From Balanoglossus misakiensis (Eukaryota > Animalia > Hemichordata): a DNA stretch of 64,000 bases. The position numbers and the translations under genes were made by a program. The stretch's first letter is position 1, and each line of letters begins with the position of its first letter. The notes beneath the pieces were generated by a model. The model did not search any database and was not told the origin of the DNA. It was given only the letters and a program-made list of their open reading frames with translations. This document shows positions 41,104-53,000 of the stretch, one piece after another. The stretch lies in the NCBI GenBank assembly GCA_040954595.2, contig CM082586.2, positions 6,725,237-6,789,236 on the forward strand, in the 5' to 3' direction.

Positions 41104-43367
41104 ATGTCAAGCGACAGCGTCCGCGTGATATTGTTTGTGCTCGTAGTTCTGACCGGCTCCAGGAATTCGTCAGCCAGCAATATTCTCCTTGTGCCAAGAA
41201 ACAGCGTTGGCAGTTTATTGTCATTTATGACGAAGATGGCGTGCGATCTCAGAGATCGGGGACACAACGTGAGCCTTGTTGTCTCTGGCAACCGCTATCA
41301 TGACGTCATCAATAGAACAAACACAAATACAACTGGTATTAAGTTGCAGCCTTTCTCTACTACTGTTGGATTCAAAAAGATTATTACAAGCTACACAGAA
41401 ACATTACTTGCTGGCAGAATGAGTTGGTATAGGCTTTGGAAAGACTATTTTCTTCACACTGACTATTGCGATGACCTATTTTCCGATTCGGAGTTCTTGC
41501 AACGTTTGAAAGACGAAAACTTTGACCTGATAATCGCATGTGCAATTACTCCATGTAGTGCTTTACTCGCCCATTATTTGAACCGACCATTTGTTTTGGT
41601 TTCGCTAAACCGTCTTGTCCCTATTTCAAACGCCGATATGTATTCTATCCCCAACAACCCTGCGTACATACCTTGTGTCGGTACTGGCTTGATCGACAGA
41701 ATGGACTTTTTCGAGAGAACTTATAACCTGGGTTATTTTTTCATGAGGTACATCACAGTCTACATAATGTATGCCAAATTCGGACAGGTGAAAGAAAAAC
41801 ATAATATCACACCAGATATAGGAATTCGTGATGTGTACGCCGAAGCCGAATTGTTTTTCATCAACACGGACACAGCTTCGAGCTACCCTCGTCCCCTGAT
41901 GCCAAATGTTGTGGCCCTGGGTTCCGGTTATCTCATTGATTCTGTGAAACCGTTGAATAAGGTAGATAGCAATTTACTGATACTAAACAGCTACACTCTG
42001 GTAATTAAAACAGCAAGTGACTATAAACCCGCCCTAACAAATTATAAACTATATATGTATCATTGTTATTCTAAAAGGTCGATATGCAATATACAGCTTC
42101 AGCTTGACCAAAAGCTTATGAAAAATTGTTTAATATTGAAATATTGTTGTTGACTAGTTTTTAAATATTTTAAAATTGAACCAACGCTTCCTCTATTGTA
42201 TTCAAACAGGACTTGGAAGACTTTATCGAGTCTTCAGGAGATGATGGTATTGTCATATTTTCGTTCGGTACCCACGTGGAATTTACCAGCAGCCAGTTCA
42301 GAAGATTCGCCATGGCACTGGAAAGGTTACCACAGAAGGTAATCGCTAAATATGGCGGTGACGAACAGCCCGAGTATCTGGAGAACAGTGTGAATATCAA
42401 ACTTTCGAAGTGGATACCTCAGAATGATTTGCTTGGTAAGAGAGCCGTTGAAATTATTCATCAATTGAGATTTAATGATAATTAGTACCTAATGAATATC
42501 AGTCACAGGTGGGACTTCTTCATTCATCGCTAAAACTTTAATTTTGGGGCGCCTTCTACGATCGCGCAATTCGACACGTTTCTCTAATATTAATACAAAA
42601 CTTCTTTATTTTCTCAAGGACATCCAAAGACTAAAGCGCTCATCTATCATGGTGGTATGAACGGAGTCCAAGAAGCTATTCATCATGCCGTTCCAGTTGT
42701 TGGAATACCTTTAGTCTATGATCAACATGACAACGTGCAGTTTCTTGTCGACAAGGGGATGGCGATTGCATTAGATGTTGGCACAATGACATCAGAGGAC
42801 TTGTACCAGGCGATTACGAAAATCATCACTGACCCAACGTTAGTAGCATTTCAACCAGTTTTACTGTTATAACAAATTCCATTGTGTTGTAGGGAACGTG
42901 CGTCAGAGGAAAGATATATGTGGCCAGTATAAAATGAAATCAGTGTGTAACTAAACTATATTAGTGGCTCATCACAGAATAATAATACCTCGACGTTATT
43001 TTGAAGATATGAGATCTGAAACATTTATTTTCAATGATGACGTACCAAATTGTCATTATTCTCTTACAGATACAAGGAGAATGCTGAACGTCTTTCTCGT
43101 ATTCAAAGAGACACACCCCTGTCACCCAAAGAAACTTTCATCTTTTGGATTGAATACATCATTAGACATGGCGGAAAACATCTGAAGTCGCAGGCAGCTA
43201 ACTTGAACTTCTTTCAGTATTACAGCATCGATGTCTGTGTATTTATATTGGTGATGTTCAGCATAGCAATATTCATGTTTGTCCAAATTTGTCGATATTG
43301 TCGCAACGCCTGTCGTAATGTAATCAGCCGGACCTGTTACAAGAAGACGAAGTTCAAACGACATTAA
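41104..43367 (+). CDS. UDP-glycosyltransferase (UGT, GT1 family), ~533 aa, ER membrane type
   Basis: Exons 41104-41961, 42210-42435, 42619-42838, 43070-43367. Signal peptide, RGHNV, PNNPAYIP, YPRPLMPNVV, IVIFSFGT, UGT signature [55 protein letters not shown], C-terminal TM and KxKxx ER-retrieval tail. Confidence 0.96.
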
Positions 43368-43544
43368 TAACCTGAACGTTAGTAGCCGCATTTAACAATT
43401 ATAGGCCGACTTCAAAGGTTCTAGTGACACTTTAATTTGACATCATATTACAGTCACGATATACTAGACTTATTTCAGTTTAGGTTTATCTAGATTAGAG
43501 ATCGCCAGTATTTGTCATTTTGCATCAACTATCAACGGCTTGAA

Positions 43545-44054
43545 CATGGTTTTTTCAAAAAAATGAAGAAATTTCGATATTTCGCAAAGTCGAAAAATTG
43601 TCATTTTTGGATGATTTTCATGAGCTATAACCCATGGTTTTTTCAAAATAATGAAGAAATTTCGATATTTCGCAAAGTCGAAAAATTGTCATTTTTGGAT
43701 GATTTTCATGAGCTATAACCCATGGTTTTTTCAAAAAAATGAAGAAATTTCGATATTTCGCAAAGTCGTAAAATTGTCATTTTTGGATGATTTTCATGAG
43801 CTATAACCCATGGTTTTTTCAAAAAAATGAAGAAATTTCGATATTTCGCAAAGTCGAAAAATTGTCATTTTTGGATGATTTTCATGAGCGATAACCCATG
43901 GTTTTTTCAAAAAAATGAAGAAATTTCGATATTTCGCAAAGTCGAAAAATTGTCATTTTTGGATGATTTTCATGAGCTATAACCCATGTTTTTTTTCAAA
44001 AAAATGAAGAAATTTCGATATTTCGCAAAGTCGAAAAATTGTCATTTTTGGATG
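43545..44054 (+). repeat. 88-bp satellite array, subfamily A (~6 copies)
   Basis: Unit CATGGTTTTTTCAAAAAAATGAAGAAATTTCGATATTTCGCAAAGTCGAAAAATTGTCATTTTTGGATGATTTTCATGAGCTATAACC. Confidence 0.95.
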
Positions 44055-47000
44055 TTATAACCCATGGTTTTTATCAAAAAATCACCAAATTTTGAAAATT
44101 CCCAAAGTCGAAAAATGCTCGATTTTTCGCGATTTTCGTGAGCTAATAACCCATGGTTTTTATCAAAAAATCACCAAATTTTGAAAATTCCCAAAGTCGA
44201 AAAATGGTCGATTTTTCACGATTTTCGTGAGCTATAACCCATGGTTTTTATCAAAAAATCACCAAATTTTGAAAATTCCCAAAGTCGAAATATGGTCGAT
44301 TTTTCGCGATTTTCGTGAGCTATAACCCATGGTTTTTATCAAAAAATCACCAAATTTTGAAAATTCCCAAAGTCGAAAAATGGTCGATTTTTCGCGATTT
44401 TCGTGAGCTATAACCCATGGTTTTTATCAAAAAGCACCAAATTTTGAAAATTCCCAAAGTCGAAAAATGGTCGATTTTTCGCGATTTTCGTGAGCTATAA
44501 CCCATGGTTTTTATCAAAAAATCACCAAATTTTGAAAATTCCCAAAGTCGAAAAATGGTCGATTTTTCGCGATTTTCGTGAGCTATAACCCATGGTTTAT
44601 ATCAAAAAATCACCAAATTTTGAAAATTCCCAAAGTCGAAAAATGGTCGATTTTTCGCGATTTTCGTGAGCTATAACCCATGGTTTATATCAAAAAATCA
44701 CCAAATTTTGAAAATTCCCAAAGTCGAAAAATGGTCGATTTTTCGCGATTTTCGTGAGCTATAACCCATGGTTTTTATCAAAAAATCACCAAATTTTGAA
44801 AATTCCCAAAGTCGAAAAATGGTCGATTTTTCGCGATTTTCGTAGGCTAATAACCCATGGTTTTTATCAAAAAATCACCAAATTTTGAAAATTCCCAAAG
44901 TCGAAAAATGGTCGATTTTTCGCGATTTTCGTGAGCTATAACCCATGGTTTTTATCAAAAAATCACCAAATTTTGAAAATTCCCAAAGTCGAAAAATGGT
45001 CGATTTTTCGCGATTTTCGTGAGCTATAACCCATGGTTTTTATCAAAAAATCACCAAATTTTGAAAATTCCCAAAGTCGAAAAATGGTCGATTTTTCGCG
45101 ATTTTCGTGCGCTTAAACCCATGGTTTTTATCAAAAAATCACCAAATTTTGAAAATTCCCAAAGTCGAAAAATGGTCGATTTTTCGCGATTTTCGTGCGC
45201 TTAAACCCATGGTTTTTATCAAAAAATCACCAAATTTTGAAAATTCCCAAAGTCGAAAAATGGTCGATTTTTCGCGATTTTCGTGAGCTATAACCCAAGG
45301 TTTTTATCAAAAAATCACCTAATTTTGAAAATTCCCAAAGTCGAAAAATGGTCGATTTTTCGCGATTTTCGTGAGCTATAACCCATGGTTTTTATCAAAA
45401 AATCACCAAACTTTGAAAATTCCCAAAGTCGAAAAATGGTCGATTTTTCGCGATTTTCGTGAGCTATAACCCATGGTTTTTATAAAAAAATCACCAAATT
45501 TTGAAAATTCCCAAAGTCGAAAAATGGTCGATTTTTCGCGATTTTCGTGAGCTATAACCCATGGTTTTTATCAAAAAATCACCAAACTTTGAAAATTCCC
45601 AAAGTCGAAAAATGGTCGATATTTCGCGATTTTCGTGAGCTATAACCCATGGTTTTTATCAAAATATCACCAAATTTTGAAAATTCCCAAAGTCGAAAAA
45701 TGGTCGATTTTTCGCGATTTTCGTGACCTATAACCCATGGTTTTTATCAAAAAATCACCAAATTTTGAAAATTCCCAAAGTCGAAAAATGGTCGATTTTT
45801 CGCGATTTTCGTGAGCTATAACCCATGTTTTTTATCAAAAAATCACTAAATTCTGAAAATTCCCAAAGTCGAAAAATGGTCGATTTTTCGCGATATTCGT
45901 GAGTTATAACCCATCGTTTTTATCAAAAAATCACTAAATTTTGAAAATTCCCAAAGTCGAAAAATGGTCGATTTTTCGCGATTTTCGTGAGCTATAACCC
46001 ATGGTTTTTATCAAAAAATCACCAAATTTTGAAAATTCCCAAAGTCGAAAAATGGTCGATTTTTCGCGATTTTCGTGAGCTATAACCCATGGTTTTTATC
46101 AAAAAATCACCAAATTTTGAAAATTCCCAAAGTCGAAAAATGGTCGATTTTTCGCGATTTACGTGAGCTATAACCCATGGTTTTTATCAAAAAATCACCA
46201 AATTTTGAAAATTCCCAAAGTCGAAAAATGGTCGATTTTTCGCGATTTTCGTGAGCTATAACCCATGGTTTTTATCAAAAAATCACCAAATTTTGAAAAT
46301 TCCCAAAGTCGAAAAATGGTCGATTTTTCGCGATTTTCGTGAGCTATAACCCATGGTTTTTATCAAAAAATCACCAAATTTTGAAAATTCCCAAAGTCGA
46401 AAAATGGTCGATTTTTCGCGATTTTCGTGAGCTATAACCCATGGTTTTTATCAAAAAATCACCAAATTTTGAAAATTCCCAAAGTCGAAAAATGGTCGAT
46501 TTTTCGCGATTTTCGTGAGCTATAACCCATGGTTTTTATCAAAAAATCACCAAATTTTGAAAATTCCCAAAGTCGAAAAATGGTCGATTTTTCGCGATTT
46601 TCGTGAGCTATAACCCATGGTTTTTATCAAAAAATCACCAAATTTTGAAAATTCCCAAAGTCGAAAAATGGTCGATTTTTCGCGATTTTCGTGAGCTATA
46701 ACCCATGGTTTTTATCAAAAAATCACCAAATTTTGAAAATTCCCAAAGTCGAAAAATGGTCGATTTTTCGCGATTTTCGTGAGCTATAACCCATGGTTTT
46801 TATCAAAAAATCACCAAATTTTGAAAATTCCCAAAGTCGAAAAATGGTCGATTTTTCGCGATTTTCGTGAGCTATAACCCATGGTTTTTATCAAAAAATC
46901 ACCAAATTTTGAAAATTCCCAAAGTCGAAAAATGGTCGATTTTTCGCGATTTTCGTGAGCTATAACCCATGGTTTTTATCAAAAAATCACCAAATTTTGA

Positions 47001-50000
47001 AAATTCCCAAAGTCGAAAAATGGTCGATTTTTCGCGATTTTCGTGAGCTATAACCCATGGTTTTTATCAAAAAATCACCAAATTTTGAAAATTCCCAAAG
47101 TCGAAAAATGGTCGATTTTTCGCGATTTTCGTGAGCTATAACCCATGGTTTATATCAAAAAATCACCAAATTTTGAAAATTCCCAAAGTCGAAAAATGGT
47201 CGATTTTTCGCGATTTTCGTGAGCTATAACCCATGGTTTATATCAAAAAATCACCAAATTTTGAAAATTCCCAAAGTCGAAAAATGGTCGATTTTTCGCG
47301 ATTTTCGTGAGCTATAACCCATGGTTTTTATCAAAAAATCACCAAATTTTGAAAATTCCCAAAGTCGAAAAATGGTCGATTTTTCGCGATTTTCGTGAGC
47401 TAATAACCCATGGTTTTTATCAAAAAATCACCAAATTTTGAAAATTCCCAAAGTCGAAAAATGGTCGATTTTTCGCGATTTTCGTGAGCTAATAACCCAT
47501 GGTTTTTATCAAAAAATCACCAAATTTTGAAAATTCCCAAAGTCGAAAAATGGTCGATTTTTCGCGATTTTCGTGAGCTAATAACCCATGGTTTTTATCA
47601 AAAAATCACCAAATTTTGAAAATTCCCAAAGTCGAAAAATGGTCGATTTTTCGCGATTTTCGTGAGCTAATAACCCATGGTTTTTATCAAAAAATCACCA
47701 AATTTTGAAAATTCCCAAAGTCGAAAAATGGTCGATTTTTCGCGATTTTCGTGAGCTATAACCCATGGTTTATATCAAAAAATCACCAAATTTTGAAAAT
47801 TCCCAAAGTCGAAAAATGGTCGATTTTTCGCGATTTTCGTGAGCTATAACCCATGGTTTTTATCAAAAAATCACCAAATATTGAAAATTCCCAAAGTCGA
47901 AAAATGGTCGATTTTTCGCGATTTTCGTGAGCTATAACCCATGGTTTTTATCAAAAAATCACCAAATTTTGAAAATTCCCAAAGTCGAAAAATGGTCGAT
48001 TTTTCGCGATTTTCGTGAGCTATAACCCATGGTTTTTATCAAAAAATCACCAAATTTTGAAAATTCCCAAAGTCGAAAAATGGTCGATTTTTCGCGATTT
48101 TCGTGAGCTATAACCCATGGTTTTTATCAAAAAATCACCAAATTTTGAAAATTCCCAAAGTCGAAAAATGGTCGATTTTTCGCGATTTTCGTGAGCTAAT
48201 AACCCATGGTTTTTATCAAAAAATCACCAAATTTTGAAAATTCCCAAAGTCGAAAAATGGTCGATTTTTCGCGATTTTCGTGAGCTAATAACCCATGGTT
48301 TTTATCAAAAAATCACCAAATTTTGAAAATTCCCAAAGTCGAAAAATGGTCGATTTTTCGCGATTTTCGTGAGCTAATAACCCATGGTTTTTATCAAAAA
48401 ATCACCAAATTTTGAAAATTCCCAAAGTCGAAAAATGGTCGATTTTTCGCGATTTTCGTGAGCTATAACCCATGGTTTATATCAAAAAATCACCAAATTT
48501 TGAAAATTCCCAAAGTCGAAAAATGGTCGATTTTTCGCGATTTTCGTGAGCTATAACCCATGGTTTTTATCAAAAAATCACCAAATATTGAAAATTCCCA
48601 AAGTCGAAAAATGGTCGATTTTTCGCGATTTTCGTGAGCTATAACCCATGGTTTTTATCAAAAAATCACCAAATTTTGAAAATTCCCAAAGTCGAAAAAT
48701 GGTCGATTTTTCGCGATTTTCGTGAGCTATAACCCATGGTTTTTATCAAAAAATCACCAAATTTTGAAAATTCCCAAAGTCGAAAAATGGTCGATTTTTC
48801 GCGATTTTCGTGAGCTATAACCCATGGTTTTTATCAAAAAATCACCAAATTTTGAAAATTCCCAAAGTCGAAAAATGGTCGATTTTTCGCGATTTTCGTG
48901 AGCTATAACCCATGGTTTTTATCAAAAAATCACCAAATTTTGAAAATTCCCAAAGTCGAAAAATGGTCGATTTTTCGCGATTTTCGTGAGCTATAACCCA
49001 TGGTTTTTATCAAAAAATCACCAAATTTTGAAAATTCCCAAAGTCGAAAAATGGTCGATTTTTCGCGATTTTCGTGAGCTATAACCCGTGGTTTTTATCA
49101 AAAAATCACCAAATTTTGAAAATTCCCAAAGTCGAAAAATGGTCGATTTTTCGCGATTTTCGTGAGCTATAACCCGTGGTTTTTATCAAAAAATCACCAA
49201 ATTTTGAAAATTCCCAAAGTCGAAAAATGGTCGATTTTTCGCGATTTTCGTGAGCTATAACCCATGGTTTTTATCAAAAATCACCAAATTTTGAAAATTC
49301 CCAAAGTCGAAAAATGGTCGATTTTTCGCGATTTTCGTGAGCTATAACCCATGGTTTTTATCAAAAAATCACCAAATTTTGAAAATTCCCAAAGTCGAAA
49401 AATGGTCGATTTTTCGCGATTTTCGTGAGCTATAACCCATGGTTTTTATCAAAAAATCACCAAATTTTGAAAATTCCCAAAGTCGAAAAATGGTCGATTT
49501 TTCGCGATTTACGTGAGCTATAACCCATGGTTTTTATCAAAAAATCACCAAATTTTGAAAATTCCCAAAGTCGAAAAATGGTCGATTTTTCGCGATTTTC
49601 GTGAGCTATAACCCATGGTTTTTATCAAAAAATCACCAAATTTTGAAAATTCCCAAAGTCGAAAAATGGTCGATTTTTCGCGATTTTCGTGAGCTATAAC
49701 CCATGGTTTTTATCAAAAAATCACCAAATTTTGAAAATTCCCAAAGTCGAAAAATGGTCGATTTTTCGCGATTTTCGTGAGCTATAACCCATGGTTTTTA
49801 TCAAAAAATCACCAAATTTTGAAAATTCCCAAAGTCGAAAAATGGTCGATTTTTCGCGATTTTCGTGAGCTATAACCCATGGTTTTTATCAAAAAATCAC
49901 AAAATTTTGAAAATTCCCAAAGTCGAAAAATGGTCGATTTTTCGCGATTTTCGTGAGCTATAACCCATGGTTTTTATCAAAAAATCACCAAATTTTGAAA

Positions 50001-53000
50001 ATTCCCAAAGTCGAAAATGGTCGATTTTTCGCGATTTTCGTGAGCTATAACCCATGGTTTATATCAAAAAATCACCAAATTTTGAAAATTCCCAAAGTCG
50101 AAAAATGGTCGATTTTTCGCGATTTTCGTGAGCTATAACCCATGGTTTTTATCAAAAAATCACCAAATTTTGAAAATTCCCAAAGTCGAAAAATGGTCGA
50201 TTTTTCGCGATTTTCGTGAGCTAATAACCCATGGTTTTTATCAAAAAATCACCAAATTTTGAAAATTCCCAAAGTCGAAAAATGGTCGATTTTTCGCGAT
50301 TTATGTGAGCTAATAACCCATGGTTTTTATCAAAAAATCACCAAATTTTGAAAATTCCCAAAGTCGAAAAATGGTCGATTTTTCGCGATTTTCGTGAGCT
50401 AATAACCCATGGTTTTTATCAAAAAATCACCAAATTTTGAAAATTCCCAAAGTCGAAAAATGGTCGATTTTTCGCGATTTTCGTGAGCTATAACCCATGG
50501 TTTTTATCAAAAAATCACCAAATATTGAAAATTCCCAAAGTCGAAAAATGGTCGATTTTTCGCGATTTTCGTGAGCTATAACCCATGGTTTTTATCAAAA
50601 AATCACCAAATTTTGAAAATTCCCAAAGTCGAAAAATGGTCGATTTTTCGCGATTTACGTGAGCTATAACCCATGGTTTTTATCAAAAAATCACCAAATT
50701 TTGAAAATTCCCAAAGTCGAAAAATGGTCGATTTTTCGCGATTTTCGTGAGCTATAACCCATGGTTTTTATCAAAAAATCACCAAATTTTGAAAATTCCC
50801 AAAGTCGAAAAATGGTCGATTTTTCGCGATTTTCGTGAGCTATAACCCATGGTTTTTATCAAAAAATCACCAAATTTTGAAAATTCCCAAAGTCGAAAAA
50901 TGGTCGATTTTTCGCGATTTTCGTGAGCTATAACCCATGGTTTTTATCAAAAAATCACCAAATTTTGAAAATTCCCAAAGTCGAAAAATGGTCGATTTTT
51001 CGCGATTTTCGTGAGCTATAACCCATGGTTTTTATCAAAAAATCACCAAATTTTGAAAATTCCCAAAGTCGAAAAATGGTCGATTTTTCGCGATTTTCGT
51101 GAGCTATAACCCATGGTTTTTATCAAAAAATCACCAAATTTTGAAAATTCCCAAAGTCGAAAAATGGTCGATTTTTCGCGATTTTCGTGAGCTATAACCC
51201 GTGGTTTTTATCAAAAAATCACCAAATTTTGAAAATTCCCAAAGTCGAAAAATGGTCGATTTTTCGCGATTTTCGTGAGCTATAACCCATGGTTTTTATC
51301 AAAAATCACCAAATTTTGAAAATTCCCAAAGTCGAAAAATGGTCGATTTTTCGCGATTTTCGTGAGCTATAACCCATGGTTTTTATCAAAAAATCACCAA
51401 ATTTTGAAAATTCCCAAAGTCGAAAAATGGTCGATTTTTCGCGATTTACGTGAGCTATAACCCATGGTTTTTATCAAAAAATCACCAAATTTTGAAAATT
51501 CCCAAAGTCGAAAAATGGTCGATTTTTCGCGATTTACGTGAGCTATAACCCATGGTTTTTATCAAAAAATCACCAAATTTTGAAAATTCCCAAAGTCGAA
51601 AAATGGTCGATTTTTCGCGATTTTCGTGAGCTATAACCCATGGTTTTTATCAAAAAATCACCAAATTTTGAAAATTCCCAAAGTCGAAAAATGGTCGATT
51701 TTTCGCGATTTTCGTGAGCTATAACCCATGGTTTTTATCAAAAAATCACCAAATTTTGAAAATTCCCAAAGTCGAAAAATGGTCGATTTTTCGCGATTTT
51801 CGTGAGCTATAACCCATGGTTTTTATCAAAAAATCACCAAATTTTGAAAATTACCAAAGTCGAAAAATGGTCGATTTTTCGCGATTTTCGTGAGCTATAA
51901 CCCATGGTTTTTATCAAAAAATCACCAAATTTTGAAAATTACCAAAGTCGAAAAATGGTCGATTTTTCGCGATTTTCGTGAGCTATAACCCATGGTTTTT
52001 ATCAAAAAATCACCAAATTTTGAAAATTCCCAAAGTCGAAAATGGTCGATTTTTCGCGATTTTCGTGAGCTATAACCCATGGTTTTTATCAAAAAATCAC
52101 CAAATTTTGAAAATTCCCAAAGTCGAAAAATGGTCGATTTTTCGCGATTTTCGTGAGCTATAACCCATGGTTTTTATCAAAAAATCACCAAATTTTGAAA
52201 ATTCCCAAAGTCGAAAAATGGTCGATTTTTCGCGATTTTCGTGAGCTATAACCCATGGTTTTTATCAAAAAATCACCAAATTTTGAAAATTCCCAAAGTC
52301 GAAAATGGTCGATTTTTCGCGATTTTCGTGAGCTATAACCCATGGTTTTTATCAAAAAATCACCTAATTTTGAAAATTCCCAAAGTCGAAAAATGGTCGA
52401 TTTTTCGCGATTTTCGTGAGCTATAACCCATGGTTTTTATCAAAAAATCACCAAATTTTGAAAATTCCCAAAGTCGAAAAATGGTCGATTTTTCGCGATT
52501 TTCGTGAGCTATAACCCATGGTTTTTATCAAAAAATCACCAAATTTTGAAAATTCCCAAAGTCGAAAAATGGTCGATTTTTCGCGATTTTCGTGAGCTAT
52601 AACCCATGGTTTTTATCAAAAAATCACCAAATTTTGAAAATTCCCAAAGTCGAAAAATGGTCGATTTTTCGCGATTTTCGTGAGCTATAACCCATGGTTT
52701 TTATCAAAAAATCACCAAATTTTGAAAATTCCCAAAGTCGAAAAATGGTCGATTTTTCGCGATTTTCGTGAGCTATAACCCATGGTTTTTATCAAAAAAT
52801 CACCAAATTTTGAAAATTCCCAAAGTCGAAAAATGGTCGATTTTTCGCGATTTTCGTGAGCTATAACCCATGGTTTTTATCAAAAAATCACCAAATTTTG
52901 AAAATTCCCAAAGTCGAAAAATGGTCGATTTTTCGCGATTTTCGTGAGCTATAACCCATGGTTTTTATTAAAAAATCACCAAATTTTGAAAATTCCCAAA

